Shown: in pieces, positions 18,793 to 28,178 of the stretch | Position numbering within the stretch: the stretch's first letter is position 1 | How the letters are laid out: every line of letters starts with the position of its first letter | Source: Pseudomonadota bacterium | GTDB lineage: Bacteria > Desulfobacterota > Desulfobacteria > Desulfobacterales > JBDRRP01 | NCBI GenBank assembly: GCA_043825735.1 | Contig: JBDRRP010000037.1 | Span: forward strand, 1 to 58,468 | DNA length: 58,468 nt | Direction of reading: 5' to 3' | Notes under the pieces: generated by a model | Database searches by the model: none | The model's input: the letters and a program-made list of their open reading frames with translations, nothing else | What the model was told of the DNA's origin: nothing | Translations under genes and position numbers: made by a program

Positions 18793-20057
18793 TCAGAGCT
18801 CCTATTGACAGACGTCGCCGGCATATCGCGGCCGAAAACCGCAAATCCCACAGTGCCGATGACCCCGAAAACGAACGCCGCGATCAGATTCGTTTTTGGG
18901 CTGATCTGCCATAAAAAAGCGCCGCCCAATGCGGCCGCAGCGACGAAAACGTCCCGGATCAGGTAGTAAAGCCCGAACATGCCCGCCTTGCAGTGATCCG
19001 GGGCTAAATCCATGATCAATGACTTTCGGGTGGGCTCACCGAATTCCTTGAGCCCCCTCAGAATGAACGCGGCAACGAGCCACTCGAAAGAGCGGCTGAA
19101 AAGCAGCACCAGGGGAAACAAGGTGAAAAAAACAAAGGTCATGAGCACGAAGGGCTTCTTAGTGCTGCGGTCGGCCAGGTAGGCCACCGGGATGTACACC
19201 AGCACGGCCGTGGCCATTTCGATGGTGGTCAGCACCCCGAACTGCAGTGCCGAGATAGGCGATGCGATGGTCTTCATGCACCAGACCACCACAAAGGCGT
19301 AAGGAATCTGCTCGCAGAACCGGATGAGAATATCGGAGACCAGAAGCCGCTTCATGGAAGGGTTCATGAGCCGAAAGAGTTTCAGGGGGTTTTTCTCAGG
19401 CGTAAGCGTGCAGGCATCGCCCGAAGGCCGGGCCGCCGGGCCGTCATCGGCGATCATCCGCTGCTGGAACACCAGCGCCACGAAAGCCATTATAAATGCG
19501 GCTCCGAATGCGAGCCGGACACCGTCGCGCTCGCCCCACACGCTGATAAAAAGCCCGCCCAGCAGTGGGCCGAGCGCCATGGGGATGCGCCTTACCAGCG
19601 AGTGCATGGTCACGCCCATGGTGCGCTTGTCCGCGGGCAGCACCTTGTAGATCAGGCTCACGGTAGCCGGCAGAGAGATGGCCGACCAGGAAATGAACAG
19701 CACCGCGCCTGCCAGCACCGCCTGCCAGGCCGGCACCAGGAGCACCAGTGCGAATCCTGCCATGGCCACCAGGTTGAAAATCAGCAGCGACTTTTTGGTG
19801 CCCAGCCGATCGGACAGATAACCGCCCGGAAAGGAGTAGAGGGCCGACAGCAGGTTGTCCATGGCCTGCAAAAGACCAATGGCCAGCACGCTCCCCCCGA
19901 GGGCCAGGATGTAGATGGGTAAAAACCGCTCGGCCATCCGCTCGCCCATGCCCAGCAGGATCACCATGGCCAGAACACCCAGGGTGCTGCGTTGCAGACC
20001 GAGAAACCTGCTGATGCTGCCGGCAGCGGAGCGGGGGGGTGTCTTGTTATTTTCCAT
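18789..20057 (-). CDS. MFS transporter within the chr operon
   Basis: About 12 hydrophobic segments; GYLSDRLG motif A; overlaps the chrA start. Confidence 0.88.
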   Translation of the reverse strand: MENNKTPPRSAAGSISRFLGLQRSTLGVLAMVILLGMGERMAERFLPIYILALGGSVLAIGLLQAMDNLLSALYSFPGGYLSDRLGTKKSLLIFNLVAMAGFALVLLVPAWQAVLAGAVLFISWSAISLPATVSLIYKVLPADKRTMGVTMHSLVRRIPMALGPLLGGLFISVWGERDGVRLAFGAAFIMAFVALVFQQRMIADDGPAARPSGDACTLTPEKNPLKLFRLMNPSMKRLLVSDILIRFCEQIPYAFVVVWCMKTIASPISALQFGVLTTIEMATAVLVYIPVAYLADRSTKKPFVLMTFVFFTLFPLVLLFSRSFEWLVAAFILRGLKEFGEPTRKSLIMDLAPDHCKAGMFGLYYLIRDVFVAAAALGGAFLWQISPKTNLIAAFVFGVIGTVGFAVFGRDMPATSVNRSSE

Positions 20058-20069
20058 GAAGCGTTCCCT

Positions 20070-20507
20070 TTAGTCCTGAGCCTTCGCCACTTCCAGCCGG
20101 CACCAGGCATACAGTGCGTCATAGACCTCGAACTGCCTCTCGATGTTTTCCAGGTCGTCTGGAAATCGGATGCTGTAGCCCACGGCGATAGCTTCGAATC
20201 CTGCCGCCAGCGGATCGGCGTCCAGCCGGTTCGTATCGGCAGCATTGACGATCCTGGCCATCCTCAGCAGCGCGGCATCGGTCAGCTCGTAATCCTGGAT
20301 AATCACCGTGAAGGTGCACCGGTCTCCCCGATGATGCAGCACGGCCCCTGGGGTATCAAAGGGTATGGCGCCGATCTTTTCGGCCGTTTCCATCACCTTG
20401 CTTTTAGGGACGAACAAAAACTCGGCATCCGAGTCGATAAAACGGGTGATCAGCCACGGGCAAGCCACGCGGTCCACGTGCACGTGAGATCGGGTGATCC
20501 ATTTCAT
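20070..20507 (-). CDS. ChrB C-terminal-domain protein (ChrF-like)
   Basis: MKWITR..HVDRVACPWLITRFID and YDALYAWC motifs. Confidence 0.88.
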   Translation of the reverse strand: MKWITRSHVHVDRVACPWLITRFIDSDAEFLFVPKSKVMETAEKIGAIPFDTPGAVLHHRGDRCTFTVIIQDYELTDAALLRMARIVNAADTNRLDADPLAAGFEAIAVGYSIRFPDDLENIERQFEVYDALYAWCRLEVAKAQD

Positions 20508-20563
20508 GTCAATACTCCTTTATTATGGGGATGTCAGTTGAGCCTGCCGCTGCCCGAACCCGA

Positions 20564-21538
20564 TTAATTGCCCTTTTGCCGCTGGTAATAGGCATACAGA
20601 TTGTCAAACAACCTGCAGCCCTCGACCATTCGCCGGTCGTCGTCCGCCTGAGAGGCCATAAGACCGGTCAGCAGGGCCTTGAACCCGTCGGTTTCACTGC
20701 GGCCGTACTTGCCGTCTTTCAGATCGATGTCGTGAACGATTTCGGCCATAGAAACAAGCGTCCGGTCCTTGGGCAGCAACCGCTGGATCATCACCTCAAA
20801 CGTACAGCAACCCCCCTCGTGGGTGTATTCACCCTCGAACATATCGAACCGAAGCTCTCCGGATCCGGGAGTATATTGAGGATCGGGGACAAACTTGAAA
20901 GTCGCCGCGCGATCCACAAAGCGCAGAATCAGCCAGCCGCAGGCCAGGCGGTCGACAAAGAGGTTTTCACGGGTCACCCAGGTCCTGCCTTTCAGTTTTC
21001 CAATCGCCTCGGAAAGGGGGTTGCCCGTCGATGCCTGACCGGCCAACCGGACTTCAAGATTCTGGAGCAAAATCTCAGCCGTTCCCCGCTCGGGTGCTTT
21101 GAAAAAATCGATGGCTACGAGATCATTCAACCGACGTGCCAGACGGGACAATTGCGAAGGGCCCTTTATAGCCGGATCCTGTGGGTCGCCCTGATCGGAA
21201 GACCATTCGGCGAGCAGAGTATTGGCCTCCTGGATAATTTTTTGATAATCCGAGGCCCGCGCATTTTGAAACAGGGAGATCATCTGTTCGTCAGTCAGGC
21301 CTTCCACAAACCGGGCCTCGGCGATGGACCCGTCTCCCCCCCCATCGACAATCTCCCTAAGGGTCCAGGTCAAATCTTCACGGGACTGCTCGGTAAACGG
21401 CAGGACGTAAACCGATTGCTTGATCGTCACTGCTCCGATCTGTTGCAGTCGCCGCCATATTTTTACGCGCAAGGCAGTGGGCCTGGGCGGTATCTGATGC
21501 ACCAGCAGCAACCATTTTCTTTCGTTAACAGATATCAT
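20564..21538 (-). CDS. chrB: Chromate-responsive regulator ChrB
   Basis: N-domain WLLLVHQIP..RVKIWRRL plus C-domain WVTR..VDRLACGWLI.RFVD. Confidence 0.9.
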   Translation of the reverse strand: MISVNERKWLLLVHQIPPRPTALRVKIWRRLQQIGAVTIKQSVYVLPFTEQSREDLTWTLREIVDGGGDGSIAEARFVEGLTDEQMISLFQNARASDYQKIIQEANTLLAEWSSDQGDPQDPAIKGPSQLSRLARRLNDLVAIDFFKAPERGTAEILLQNLEVRLAGQASTGNPLSEAIGKLKGRTWVTRENLFVDRLACGWLILRFVDRAATFKFVPDPQYTPGSGELRFDMFEGEYTHEGGCCTFEVMIQRLLPKDRTLVSMAEIVHDIDLKDGKYGRSETDGFKALLTGLMASQADDDRRMVEGCRLFDNLYAYYQRQKGN

Positions 21539-21554
21539 AGCGCCCCATTTAATA

Positions 21555-21593
21555 TGTTACATTGAATTTGTTACACCTGTTACATATTGTCAA
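21555..21593 (-). promoter_or_regulatory. chr promoter with three TGTAACA direct repeats (candidate ChrB operator)
   Basis: Minus strand TTGACA (21588-21593) followed by TGTAACA at 21579-85, 21569-75 and 21555-61. Confidence 0.6.
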
Positions 21594-21754
21594 GCGCCTT
21601 TGTAATAGCGCCCGTGTTCAACACGTCGTATGGGTCGGTAAATCGCTTAGACCTTACCCTGCAGATGTGGAGTGTGGTCGAAATTGCTTTCGAGTTTGTA
21701 CCGGAGTTTGCTATATACACAGATACGGTTGTTAGCGACCGCGTCCAAAGATTA

Positions 21755-21780
21755 TGGATTCCTGCCTGTGCCGGGATGAC
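21755..21780 (-). repeat. Short palindromic element (GTCATCCCGGCACAGGCAGGAATCCA)
   Basis: Matches the widespread GTCATTCCCGC..GCGGGAATCCA-type intergenic repeat. Confidence 0.55.
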
Positions 21781-21849
21781 AAAAAGACAGTAAAACCATA
21801 ATCTTACAATAACCAACATGATCAAACCACACTCGACAGTGAAAGTATT

Positions 21850-22602
21850 ATGCACGCCGGTTTTTTTCTACCCCCTTTGAAAATCTTAGGCCGCGCCATT
21901 CTTGGCGCATGCCGTGATCTGGCGCCCATCGTCACCGTCATTGCCATTTTCCAGATGTTGGTCCTGCGCCAACCCTTTCCTGAACTTGTTTCCTCCCTGG
22001 CCGGTTTGGGATTGGTGATTGTGGGTTTGGCGCTTTTTGTCGTCGGCTTGGACATCGGTCTGTTTCCGCTCGGTGAAACGTTGGCCGAGGAATTCGCGCG
22101 CAAGGGGAGCCTTTTCTGGCTGCTGTTGTTCTCTTTTGCTCTGGGCTTTGGAACCACCGTTGCCGAACCGGCCCTGATTGCCGTGACCCGCGAAGGCGCA
22201 AAGGCTGCAGCGGAGGCCGGCCTTATCGGAGATACCCCCGCCGCGATACAGCAGTACGCTTTCCATGTCCGCTTGACCGTGGCCCTTTCTGTCGGCATTG
22301 CCATCGTTCTCGGCGTGCTGAGAATCCTTCGGGGATGGTCACTGCCGATGTTGATCGTGAGCGGTTATGGTCTTGTCATGGTCATGACGGTGTTCGCGCC
22401 GAAGGAAATCATCGGGTTGGCTTATGATTTGGGCGGGGTGACGACTTCAACCGTCACCGTGCCGCTGGTAACGGCCTTGGGCGTGGGCCTCGCCCGTTCG
22501 ATTCGCGGAAGGAACCCGTTAACGGACGGATTCGGATTGATTGCACTGGCTTCCCTGACGCCGATGATTTTTGTCATGGCGTTCGGATTGTTTGCACACT
22601 AG
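21850..22602 (+). CDS. DUF1538-family membrane protein (copy 1)
   Basis: LFPLGE, TTVAEPAL, AYDLGGVTTSTVTVP and DGFGLIA motifs. Confidence 0.88.
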   Translation: MHAGFFLPPLKILGRAILGACRDLAPIVTVIAIFQMLVLRQPFPELVSSLAGLGLVIVGLALFVVGLDIGLFPLGETLAEEFARKGSLFWLLLFSFALGFGTTVAEPALIAVTREGAKAAAEAGLIGDTPAAIQQYAFHVRLTVALSVGIAIVLGVLRILRGWSLPMLIVSGYGLVMVMTVFAPKEIIGLAYDLGGVTTSTVTVPLVTALGVGLARSIRGRNPLTDGFGLIALASLTPMIFVMAFGLFAH

Positions 22603-22609
22603 GCGCCGT

Positions 22610-23368
22610 ATGGAACTGTTTTGGGACCCCATCACCTTGCTGCTGGCCACTGCCAGAGACGTGGTGCCTGTGTTGGTGCTGCTCGTTCTGTTCCAAATGG
22701 CGGTGCTGAGACGACCTCTCCCGAAACCGGGCAGGATTCTTTTCGGATTTTTTCTGGTGCTTGTCGGCATGGCTTGTTTCTTGGGAGGTTTGGATCTGGC
22801 ACTGTTCCCGGTGGGCCGGACCATGGCTCTGCAACTGGCTCAGGCCGCTCAAAGCGGCGGAAAAGAAATCTGGGCTGCGTATGGATGGATATACCTGTTT
22901 GCATTTTTAGTCGGATTTTCCACCACCATCGCCGAGCCGTCGCTGATCGCTGTCGCCAACAAGGCGCAAGAGGCTTCGTACGGCGCTGTTTCCGCCCTGG
23001 GGCTGCGGATCGCTGTGGCCATCGGCGTTGCGGTCGGCATTACGCTGGGCACGTTCCGCATCGTAACCGGAACGCCGCTTTATCTTTACATCATGGCGGG
23101 CTACATCGTTGTGGCCATTCAAACCTATTTCGCGCCGCGGATGATCATCCCACTGGCCTATGATTCCGGCGGCGTCACCACATCAACGGTTACCGTACCG
23201 CTGGTGGCGGCGCTCGGCTTGGGGCTGGCCTCCAATGTTCCGGGGCGAAGTCCGGTTCTGGATGGCTTCGGGCTCATCGCATTTGCAAGCCTGTTCCCGA
23301 TCATCGCTGTCCTGGGGTACGCCCAACTGGTGCAATGGATTGTAGAACGGCGAAAGAAAAATAAATGA
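22610..23368 (+). CDS. DUF1538-family membrane protein (copy 2)
   Basis: LFPVG, TTIAEPSL, AYDSGGVTTSTVTVP and DGFGLIA motifs. Confidence 0.88.
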   Translation: MELFWDPITLLLATARDVVPVLVLLVLFQMAVLRRPLPKPGRILFGFFLVLVGMACFLGGLDLALFPVGRTMALQLAQAAQSGGKEIWAAYGWIYLFAFLVGFSTTIAEPSLIAVANKAQEASYGAVSALGLRIAVAIGVAVGITLGTFRIVTGTPLYLYIMAGYIVVAIQTYFAPRMIIPLAYDSGGVTTSTVTVPLVAALGLGLASNVPGRSPVLDGFGLIAFASLFPIIAVLGYAQLVQWIVERRKKNK

Positions 23369-23431
23369 CATGCACTGGCGTGTCACAAAAGGACTGGGTT
23401 GGGTTCCGAGAATTGGGCAAAGGAGAAGATT

Positions 23432-23758
23432 ATGGCAAGTAAATGTATTATTGCAATGGTGAAGCCGGACCTGACCGATCAGGTTGTCAACTCGGCCAAA
23501 AAAGCCGGCGCTACCGGAGCGACCATCATTCCGGCCTCCGGGACCGGTGCCGGGGAGGCGAAAACCTTTTTCGGGCTCAGCCTGGATATTCGCACGGAAG
23601 TGGTGCTCTTTCTGGTAGACGACGCCATCGTTGCGCCGATCCTTTCCGCCATCAAAACAGCCGGACGTTTCAGCGAGCCCGGGACTGGTATTGCCATGGT
23701 ATTGCCGGTCGAACAGACGGCCGGCATGGAAAGCCAGATGTCACGAAAGAAACCGTAA
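23432..23758 (+). CDS. PII-like regulator associated with DUF1538
   Basis: 108 aa; AGATGATI and PGTGIAMVLPVE motifs; AGGAG RBS; no canonical T-loop Tyr. Confidence 0.85.
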   Translation: MASKCIIAMVKPDLTDQVVNSAKKAGATGATIIPASGTGAGEAKTFFGLSLDIRTEVVLFLVDDAIVAPILSAIKTAGRFSEPGTGIAMVLPVEQTAGMESQMSRKKP

Positions 23759-23782
23759 TACGCCGGGACCAGAGAATTCAGC

Positions 23783-23857
23783 ATGTCATTTTATCTGGAT
23801 TTTTGGAATCTGCTGGCTGGACTCGGTATTTTCCTGTTCGGGATTCTGAAAAAATGA
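23783..23857 (+). pseudogene. N-terminal remnant of a Na/Pi-cotransporter-family gene
   Basis: MSFYLDFWNLLAGLGIFLFGILKK*; LAGLGIFLFG resembles the first helix motif of Na/Pi cotransporters. Confidence 0.5.
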
Positions 23858-23934
23858 AGATCAAGGTGAGAATCAAGGGCAGCATTCCGCCCCAAAGGAC
23901 GGAAACCAGTGTGTTGGCCGCCAATGTTTTAATC

Positions 23935-24018
23935 ACCACGAAGTTCACGACGGGCACGAAGATTTTTCTATCGAATCGTATTAAGGGTGATCTTCGTGCA
24001 CTTCGTGTTCTTCGTGGT
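23935..24018. repeat. Inverted repeat built from 9-bp-period CACGAAG units; likely terminator between convergent units
   Basis: ACCACGAAGTTCACGACGGGCACGAAGA ... TCTTCGTGCACTTCGTGTTCTTCGTGGT; a solo arm recurs at 25942-25970. Confidence 0.75.
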
Positions 24019-24024
24019 TCCCCC

Positions 24025-25830
24025 CTACCCCTCCGTCTTCGGTGGTTCCAGTTGGAGTTTTCGCACCCGGATGCTCAACTCGTCGAGTTGGGCCTTTGCC
24101 GCCTCTGAAGGGGCGTTGGTCATAAGACAGGCCGCCTTCTGGGTCTTCGGGAAAGCGATGACGTCGCGGATGCTGGTCTGACCGGCCAGTAGCATCACCA
24201 GGCGATCCAGGCCGAAGGCGATGCCGCCGTGGGGGGGCGCCCCCGACTGGAGGGCATCCAGGAGAAATCCGAATTTTTCCCGGGCTTCTTCCGGTGCCAG
24301 GCCCAGCGCGGTGAAGACGCTCTCCTGCACCGCGGTCTGGTGGATGCGGATGCTGCCGCCGCCCACTTCATAACCGTTGAGAACCATGTCGTAGGCCCTG
24401 GAACGCACCGACAGGGGGTCGGTTTCCATGGCGTCCAGGTCCGCTTCCATGGGGGCCGTGAAGGGATGGTGCAGCGCCTGGTAGCGCTTCTCCTGCTCAT
24501 CGTACTCCATCATGGGAAACTCGGTGACCCAGAGAAAATTAAACCGCTTCTCGTCGATGAGACCGAGCTTTTCGCCCAGGTGTCCGCGCAAGTGGCCCAG
24601 GGCGTCATTGGTCACCTTGACCTGGTCGGCAACGAAGAAAACGAGATCACCGGGCGCCATGTCGAGCCGCTGGATCATCGCGGCCTTTTCCGCATCAGTG
24701 AAGAACTTGGCGATGGGAGATTGCCAGGCGTCTTCGCGCACCTTGATCCAGGCGAGCCCCCGTGCCCGGTAAACCGCCACGAACGCGGTAAGATCGTCGA
24801 TCTCCTTGCGGGTGAAATCGATGCAGCCCTTTGCATTGAGCGCCTTGACGATGCCGCCCTTTTTCACCACGTCGGCAAAGACCTTGAAGCCGGATCCGGC
24901 CACGATGTCTGAAATGTCGGTGAGTTCAAGACCGAACCGGGTGTCGGGCTTGTCCAGTCCGTAGCGGCCGACGGCCTCGGCATAGGTCATCCGGGCAAAC
25001 GGCAGGGACAAGTCCACATCCAGCACGGTTTTGAAGACCTCGGCCATCATCCCCTCGCTGACGGCCATCACGTCTTCTTCGCCTACAAAGCTCATCTCCA
25101 TATCGATCTGGGTAAACTCGGGCTGACGGTCGGCGCGAAGATCTTCGTCTCTGAAGCAGCGTACGATCTGATAGTAGCGATCGAAACCGGAAATCATGAG
25201 CAGCTGTTTAAATAGCTGCGGCGACTGGGGCAGGGCGTAGAACTGTCCGGGGTTCACCCGGCTGGGCACCAGATAGTCCCGCGCGCCTTCCGGAGTGCTC
25301 TTGGTCAGCACCGGTGTTTCGATATCCAAAAATCCCTTGCGGTTGAGATATCCGCGAACCGCTGCTGCCGCGTTGTGGCGCAGGATGAGTGCCTTTTGCA
25401 GGTTCGGGCGGCGCAGGTCGATGTGGCGGTATTTGAGACGGATATTCTCGGAAACCTCCACCTGGTCTTCCACCATGAACGGCGGGGTCTGTGCCTCGTT
25501 GAAGATCCGAAGCTCGGCCACCATCACTTCAATCTCGCCGGTCTTAAGCTTGGGGTTGGTCATCCCCTCCAGCCGCGGGACCACACGGCCGCGGACTCCC
25601 AGAACGAATTCACTGCGGATGACGTGGGCCTTGGCATGGGCCTCGGCATGAACCTCCGGGTTGAACACCACCTGGGTCATGCCGTCTCTGTCTCTCAAAT
25701 CGATGAAAATGACCCCGCCATGATCCCGGCGACGCTGCACCCAACCCATCAGCACCACTTCGGTGCCCACCTCCGCCAACCCCAGGTCGTTGCAACCATG
25801 GGACCTTCGCATACTGCCAAGTGTGTCCAC
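24025..25830 (-). CDS. aspS: Aspartate-tRNA ligase, probably the non-discriminating (Asp/Asn) type
   Basis: [30 protein letters not shown] and [12 protein letters not shown] motifs; His (DHGG) and Gly (EGMTNP) are typical of ND-AspRS; GTG start. Confidence 0.97.
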   Translation of the reverse strand: MDTLGSMRRSHGCNDLGLAEVGTEVVLMGWVQRRRDHGGVIFIDLRDRDGMTQVVFNPEVHAEAHAKAHVIRSEFVLGVRGRVVPRLEGMTNPKLKTGEIEVMVAELRIFNEAQTPPFMVEDQVEVSENIRLKYRHIDLRRPNLQKALILRHNAAAAVRGYLNRKGFLDIETPVLTKSTPEGARDYLVPSRVNPGQFYALPQSPQLFKQLLMISGFDRYYQIVRCFRDEDLRADRQPEFTQIDMEMSFVGEEDVMAVSEGMMAEVFKTVLDVDLSLPFARMTYAEAVGRYGLDKPDTRFGLELTDISDIVAGSGFKVFADVVKKGGIVKALNAKGCIDFTRKEIDDLTAFVAVYRARGLAWIKVREDAWQSPIAKFFTDAEKAAMIQRLDMAPGDLVFFVADQVKVTNDALGHLRGHLGEKLGLIDEKRFNFLWVTEFPMMEYDEQEKRYQALHHPFTAPMEADLDAMETDPLSVRSRAYDMVLNGYEVGGGSIRIHQTAVQESVFTALGLAPEEAREKFGFLLDALQSGAPPHGGIAFGLDRLVMLLAGQTSIRDVIAFPKTQKAACLMTNAPSEAAKAQLDELSIRVRKLQLEPPKTEG

Positions 25831-25976
25831 TGTATCTACCGTATCCTTCCGATGGTTTCGAAAACTTCGAAGCCATCTGGTGAAATATTTACTGTCCCGA
25901 CAGTCGCCTCAGCCCGGTCAAGCCCATCGGGGTCATTTTTCTCTTCGTGCCCTTCGTGTTCTTCGTGGTTCACGCG

Positions 25977-27260
25977 CTACAGGGCGTTTCCCATTTCGTC
26001 GCCTTGCTCAGAAAGCAATCGCCGGATGTGCGACACCGGATCGTCCAGAGGGATATCCACCTGCGTCTTAGTGCGCATGTCGCGCAAGGTGCCGACCCCG
26101 CCCGCCCGTTCGTTTTCACCCACGATAAAGACGTAGGCCGCACCCGATCGGTCGGCCCGTTTCATCTGACTTTTGAGGCTGCGGTCGTCAAAATCCATTT
26201 CTGCGGTGATGCCGTCTTCGGCCAGTGCCGTCACCCACGAAAAAGCCAGCGCCTGGCAGGCCGGTCCCAATGCAGCAATGTAAAGGGCCGGTTGACGGTC
26301 AAAGGTTTCCCCGCTCAGGGCCACCAGTTCGGCCAGACGGTCAAAGCCCACGGCAAAGCCCGTGGCCGGTGTGTCGGGGCCGCCAAGCGATTTGACGAGG
26401 CCGTCGTAGCGCCCGCCCCCGGCCACCGCACTCTGGGCTCCCAGAAGGTTGGTCTGCATTTCGAAAGTGGTGCGCGTGTAGTAATCCAGCCCTCGCACCA
26501 GGCGCCGGTCCACTTCATAGGGCACCTTCAGGGTGTCGAGGGCTGCGGTGAGCACGCCGAAGTGATCCTTGCAGTCGCTGCACAGGTGATCACTGATGGC
26601 CGGCACGCCGGTGATGGCCTCCTGGCAGGCAGGCACTTTGCAGTCCAGCACCCGCAGCGGGTTGCGGTCTTTTCTACGATTGCAGTCTGCGCAGAGGCGA
26701 TCGCTCTTGTCGGCCAGAAACGCCATAAGGGCGTCCTTGAAATCGGGCCGGCAGACCGGGCAGCCCAGGGAGTTCACGTGGGCCCGCGTGCCGGTGACGC
26801 CGAGGCGGTCGAAAAGCAGCTTCAGGAGGTAGATCAGTTCGGCGTCCACATAGGCGCTGGCCACCCCGAACACTTCAGCGTCGATCTGGTAAAACTGCCG
26901 ATAGCGCCCCTTCTGGGGCCGCTCGCGCCGGAACATGGGGCCGATGGTGTAAAATTTCCGCACCGGGTCCGGTGTGTAAAGCTTGTGCTGGATGTAGGAT
27001 CGCACAATGGACGCCGTGGCCTCGGGCCGCAGGGTCAGCAGCTCATCGCTGCGATCGGAAAAGGTGTACATTTCCTTTTCAACGATGTCGGTGTCTTCAC
27101 CGATGCTGCGGGCAAAGAGCTCGGTGCGCTCCATGATGGGCACCCGAATCTCCTTGTAGCCGAAGTCGTCGAAAAGCGCCACGGCCGTGCCCTCGATGAA
27201 CTGCCACAGCTCGGACTCGCCGGGCAGGATGTCTTTGAAACCACGGATCAACTGGATCAT
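25977..27260 (-). CDS. hisS: Histidine-tRNA ligase
   Basis: RGFKD, LRPEATA, FRRERPQKGRYRQF, VRGLDYY and GGGRYD motifs. Confidence 0.97.
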   Translation of the reverse strand: MIQLIRGFKDILPGESELWQFIEGTAVALFDDFGYKEIRVPIMERTELFARSIGEDTDIVEKEMYTFSDRSDELLTLRPEATASIVRSYIQHKLYTPDPVRKFYTIGPMFRRERPQKGRYRQFYQIDAEVFGVASAYVDAELIYLLKLLFDRLGVTGTRAHVNSLGCPVCRPDFKDALMAFLADKSDRLCADCNRRKDRNPLRVLDCKVPACQEAITGVPAISDHLCSDCKDHFGVLTAALDTLKVPYEVDRRLVRGLDYYTRTTFEMQTNLLGAQSAVAGGGRYDGLVKSLGGPDTPATGFAVGFDRLAELVALSGETFDRQPALYIAALGPACQALAFSWVTALAEDGITAEMDFDDRSLKSQMKRADRSGAAYVFIVGENERAGGVGTLRDMRTKTQVDIPLDDPVSHIRRLLSEQGDEMGNAL

Positions 27261-27529
27261 AAATCGCTTCGCTTCCACTGGCGCCGGCGTCCAGAATGCC
27301 CGCCAATTGCCGATTTTGGGTAAACTGGTTTTTTAGACCATACTGGTCGAGGCAGTCAACACTATTTTGGCGCCCGTCCGCCATCTTGGCCCACCGCGGA
27401 TGAAGATTGTCTCAAATGAACGTCCAACGTTCGTTTTGCGCTGTTACCGTTACTTGCCAGATCGCAATAGCGCCTGACAAGTTAGTGCTTATGGGGTGAA
27501 CCAGAGAGGGCATGCTGTGGCAAATTAAT

Positions 27530-27748
27530 TTAGAAACGACCGTTTTCCCCACCGGCCTGAAACAATGAAATGGGCAAGATCGTGCTGAACTCCTGGAAGT
27601 CCTGGTCTTTGGTGTAGATCGATGCCCCGAGTCGGTGGGCGCAGGCGCAGATCAGGAAATCCGTGTGGGGGCCCTGGATGCCCTGCTTACGGCAGCTGTT
27701 GTGAAACTCGGCGCCGCGGATGTAATCATCGTCGACGATCACCTTCAC
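27530..27748 (-). pseudogene. vapC: VapC/PIN toxin with an internal in-frame deletion
   Basis: MKVIVD is joined directly to DDYIRGAEFHNSCRKQGIQGPHTDFLICAC..IYTKDQDF; 72 aa versus about 130 aa for PIN domains. Confidence 0.75.
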
Positions 27749-27942
27749 CGACGCCTGGCCTCCTTGTAGTCGTAATCCGGATCCGGGTCCATGGTTCCGA
27801 ACAGCTCGACGATTTCAAGCTGCTTGTGGCGATTGACGAACTCCCGAAGTGCAAGGTTGACCGTCTCTTTCTTGGTACGAAGGCGCCCTACGCGCAACGC
27901 TTCTTCAAGCAACTCGCTATCGATGGCAAGATTTGTAGCTAT
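27745..27942 (-). pseudogene. vapB: VapB-family antitoxin with ATA in place of the ATG start
   Basis: (M)ATNLAIDSELLEEAL..TKKETVNLALREF; GGAG RBS then ATA at 27942; GTGA overlap with the toxin. Confidence 0.7.
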
Positions 27943-27974
27943 GGGGATTCTCCTTGAGATCAACGTCGGGTTTT

Positions 27975-28005
27975 ACACACTAATATGTGTCAAGTCTTGT
28001 GTCAA
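27975..28005 (-). promoter_or_regulatory. vapBC promoter/operator
   Basis: Minus strand TTGACA-17 nt-TAGTGT overlapping the palindrome ACACA-ctaata-TGTGT. Confidence 0.55.
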
Positions 28006-28178
28006 TATGCGCAGATTGCCTATGTATGCGAGGTCTGCTTTACTTTTCGGTTGGTCCGGCCAGCTATTGGCAAAAATCGGCGCTTCTGTTATGGGAGCAG
28101 GGCAACCCGATGCCCGGCAGACACCGGATTTCCAAGCATCTGCCGCCATACCGACACCACTTTTTCGGGAGAAATCTC

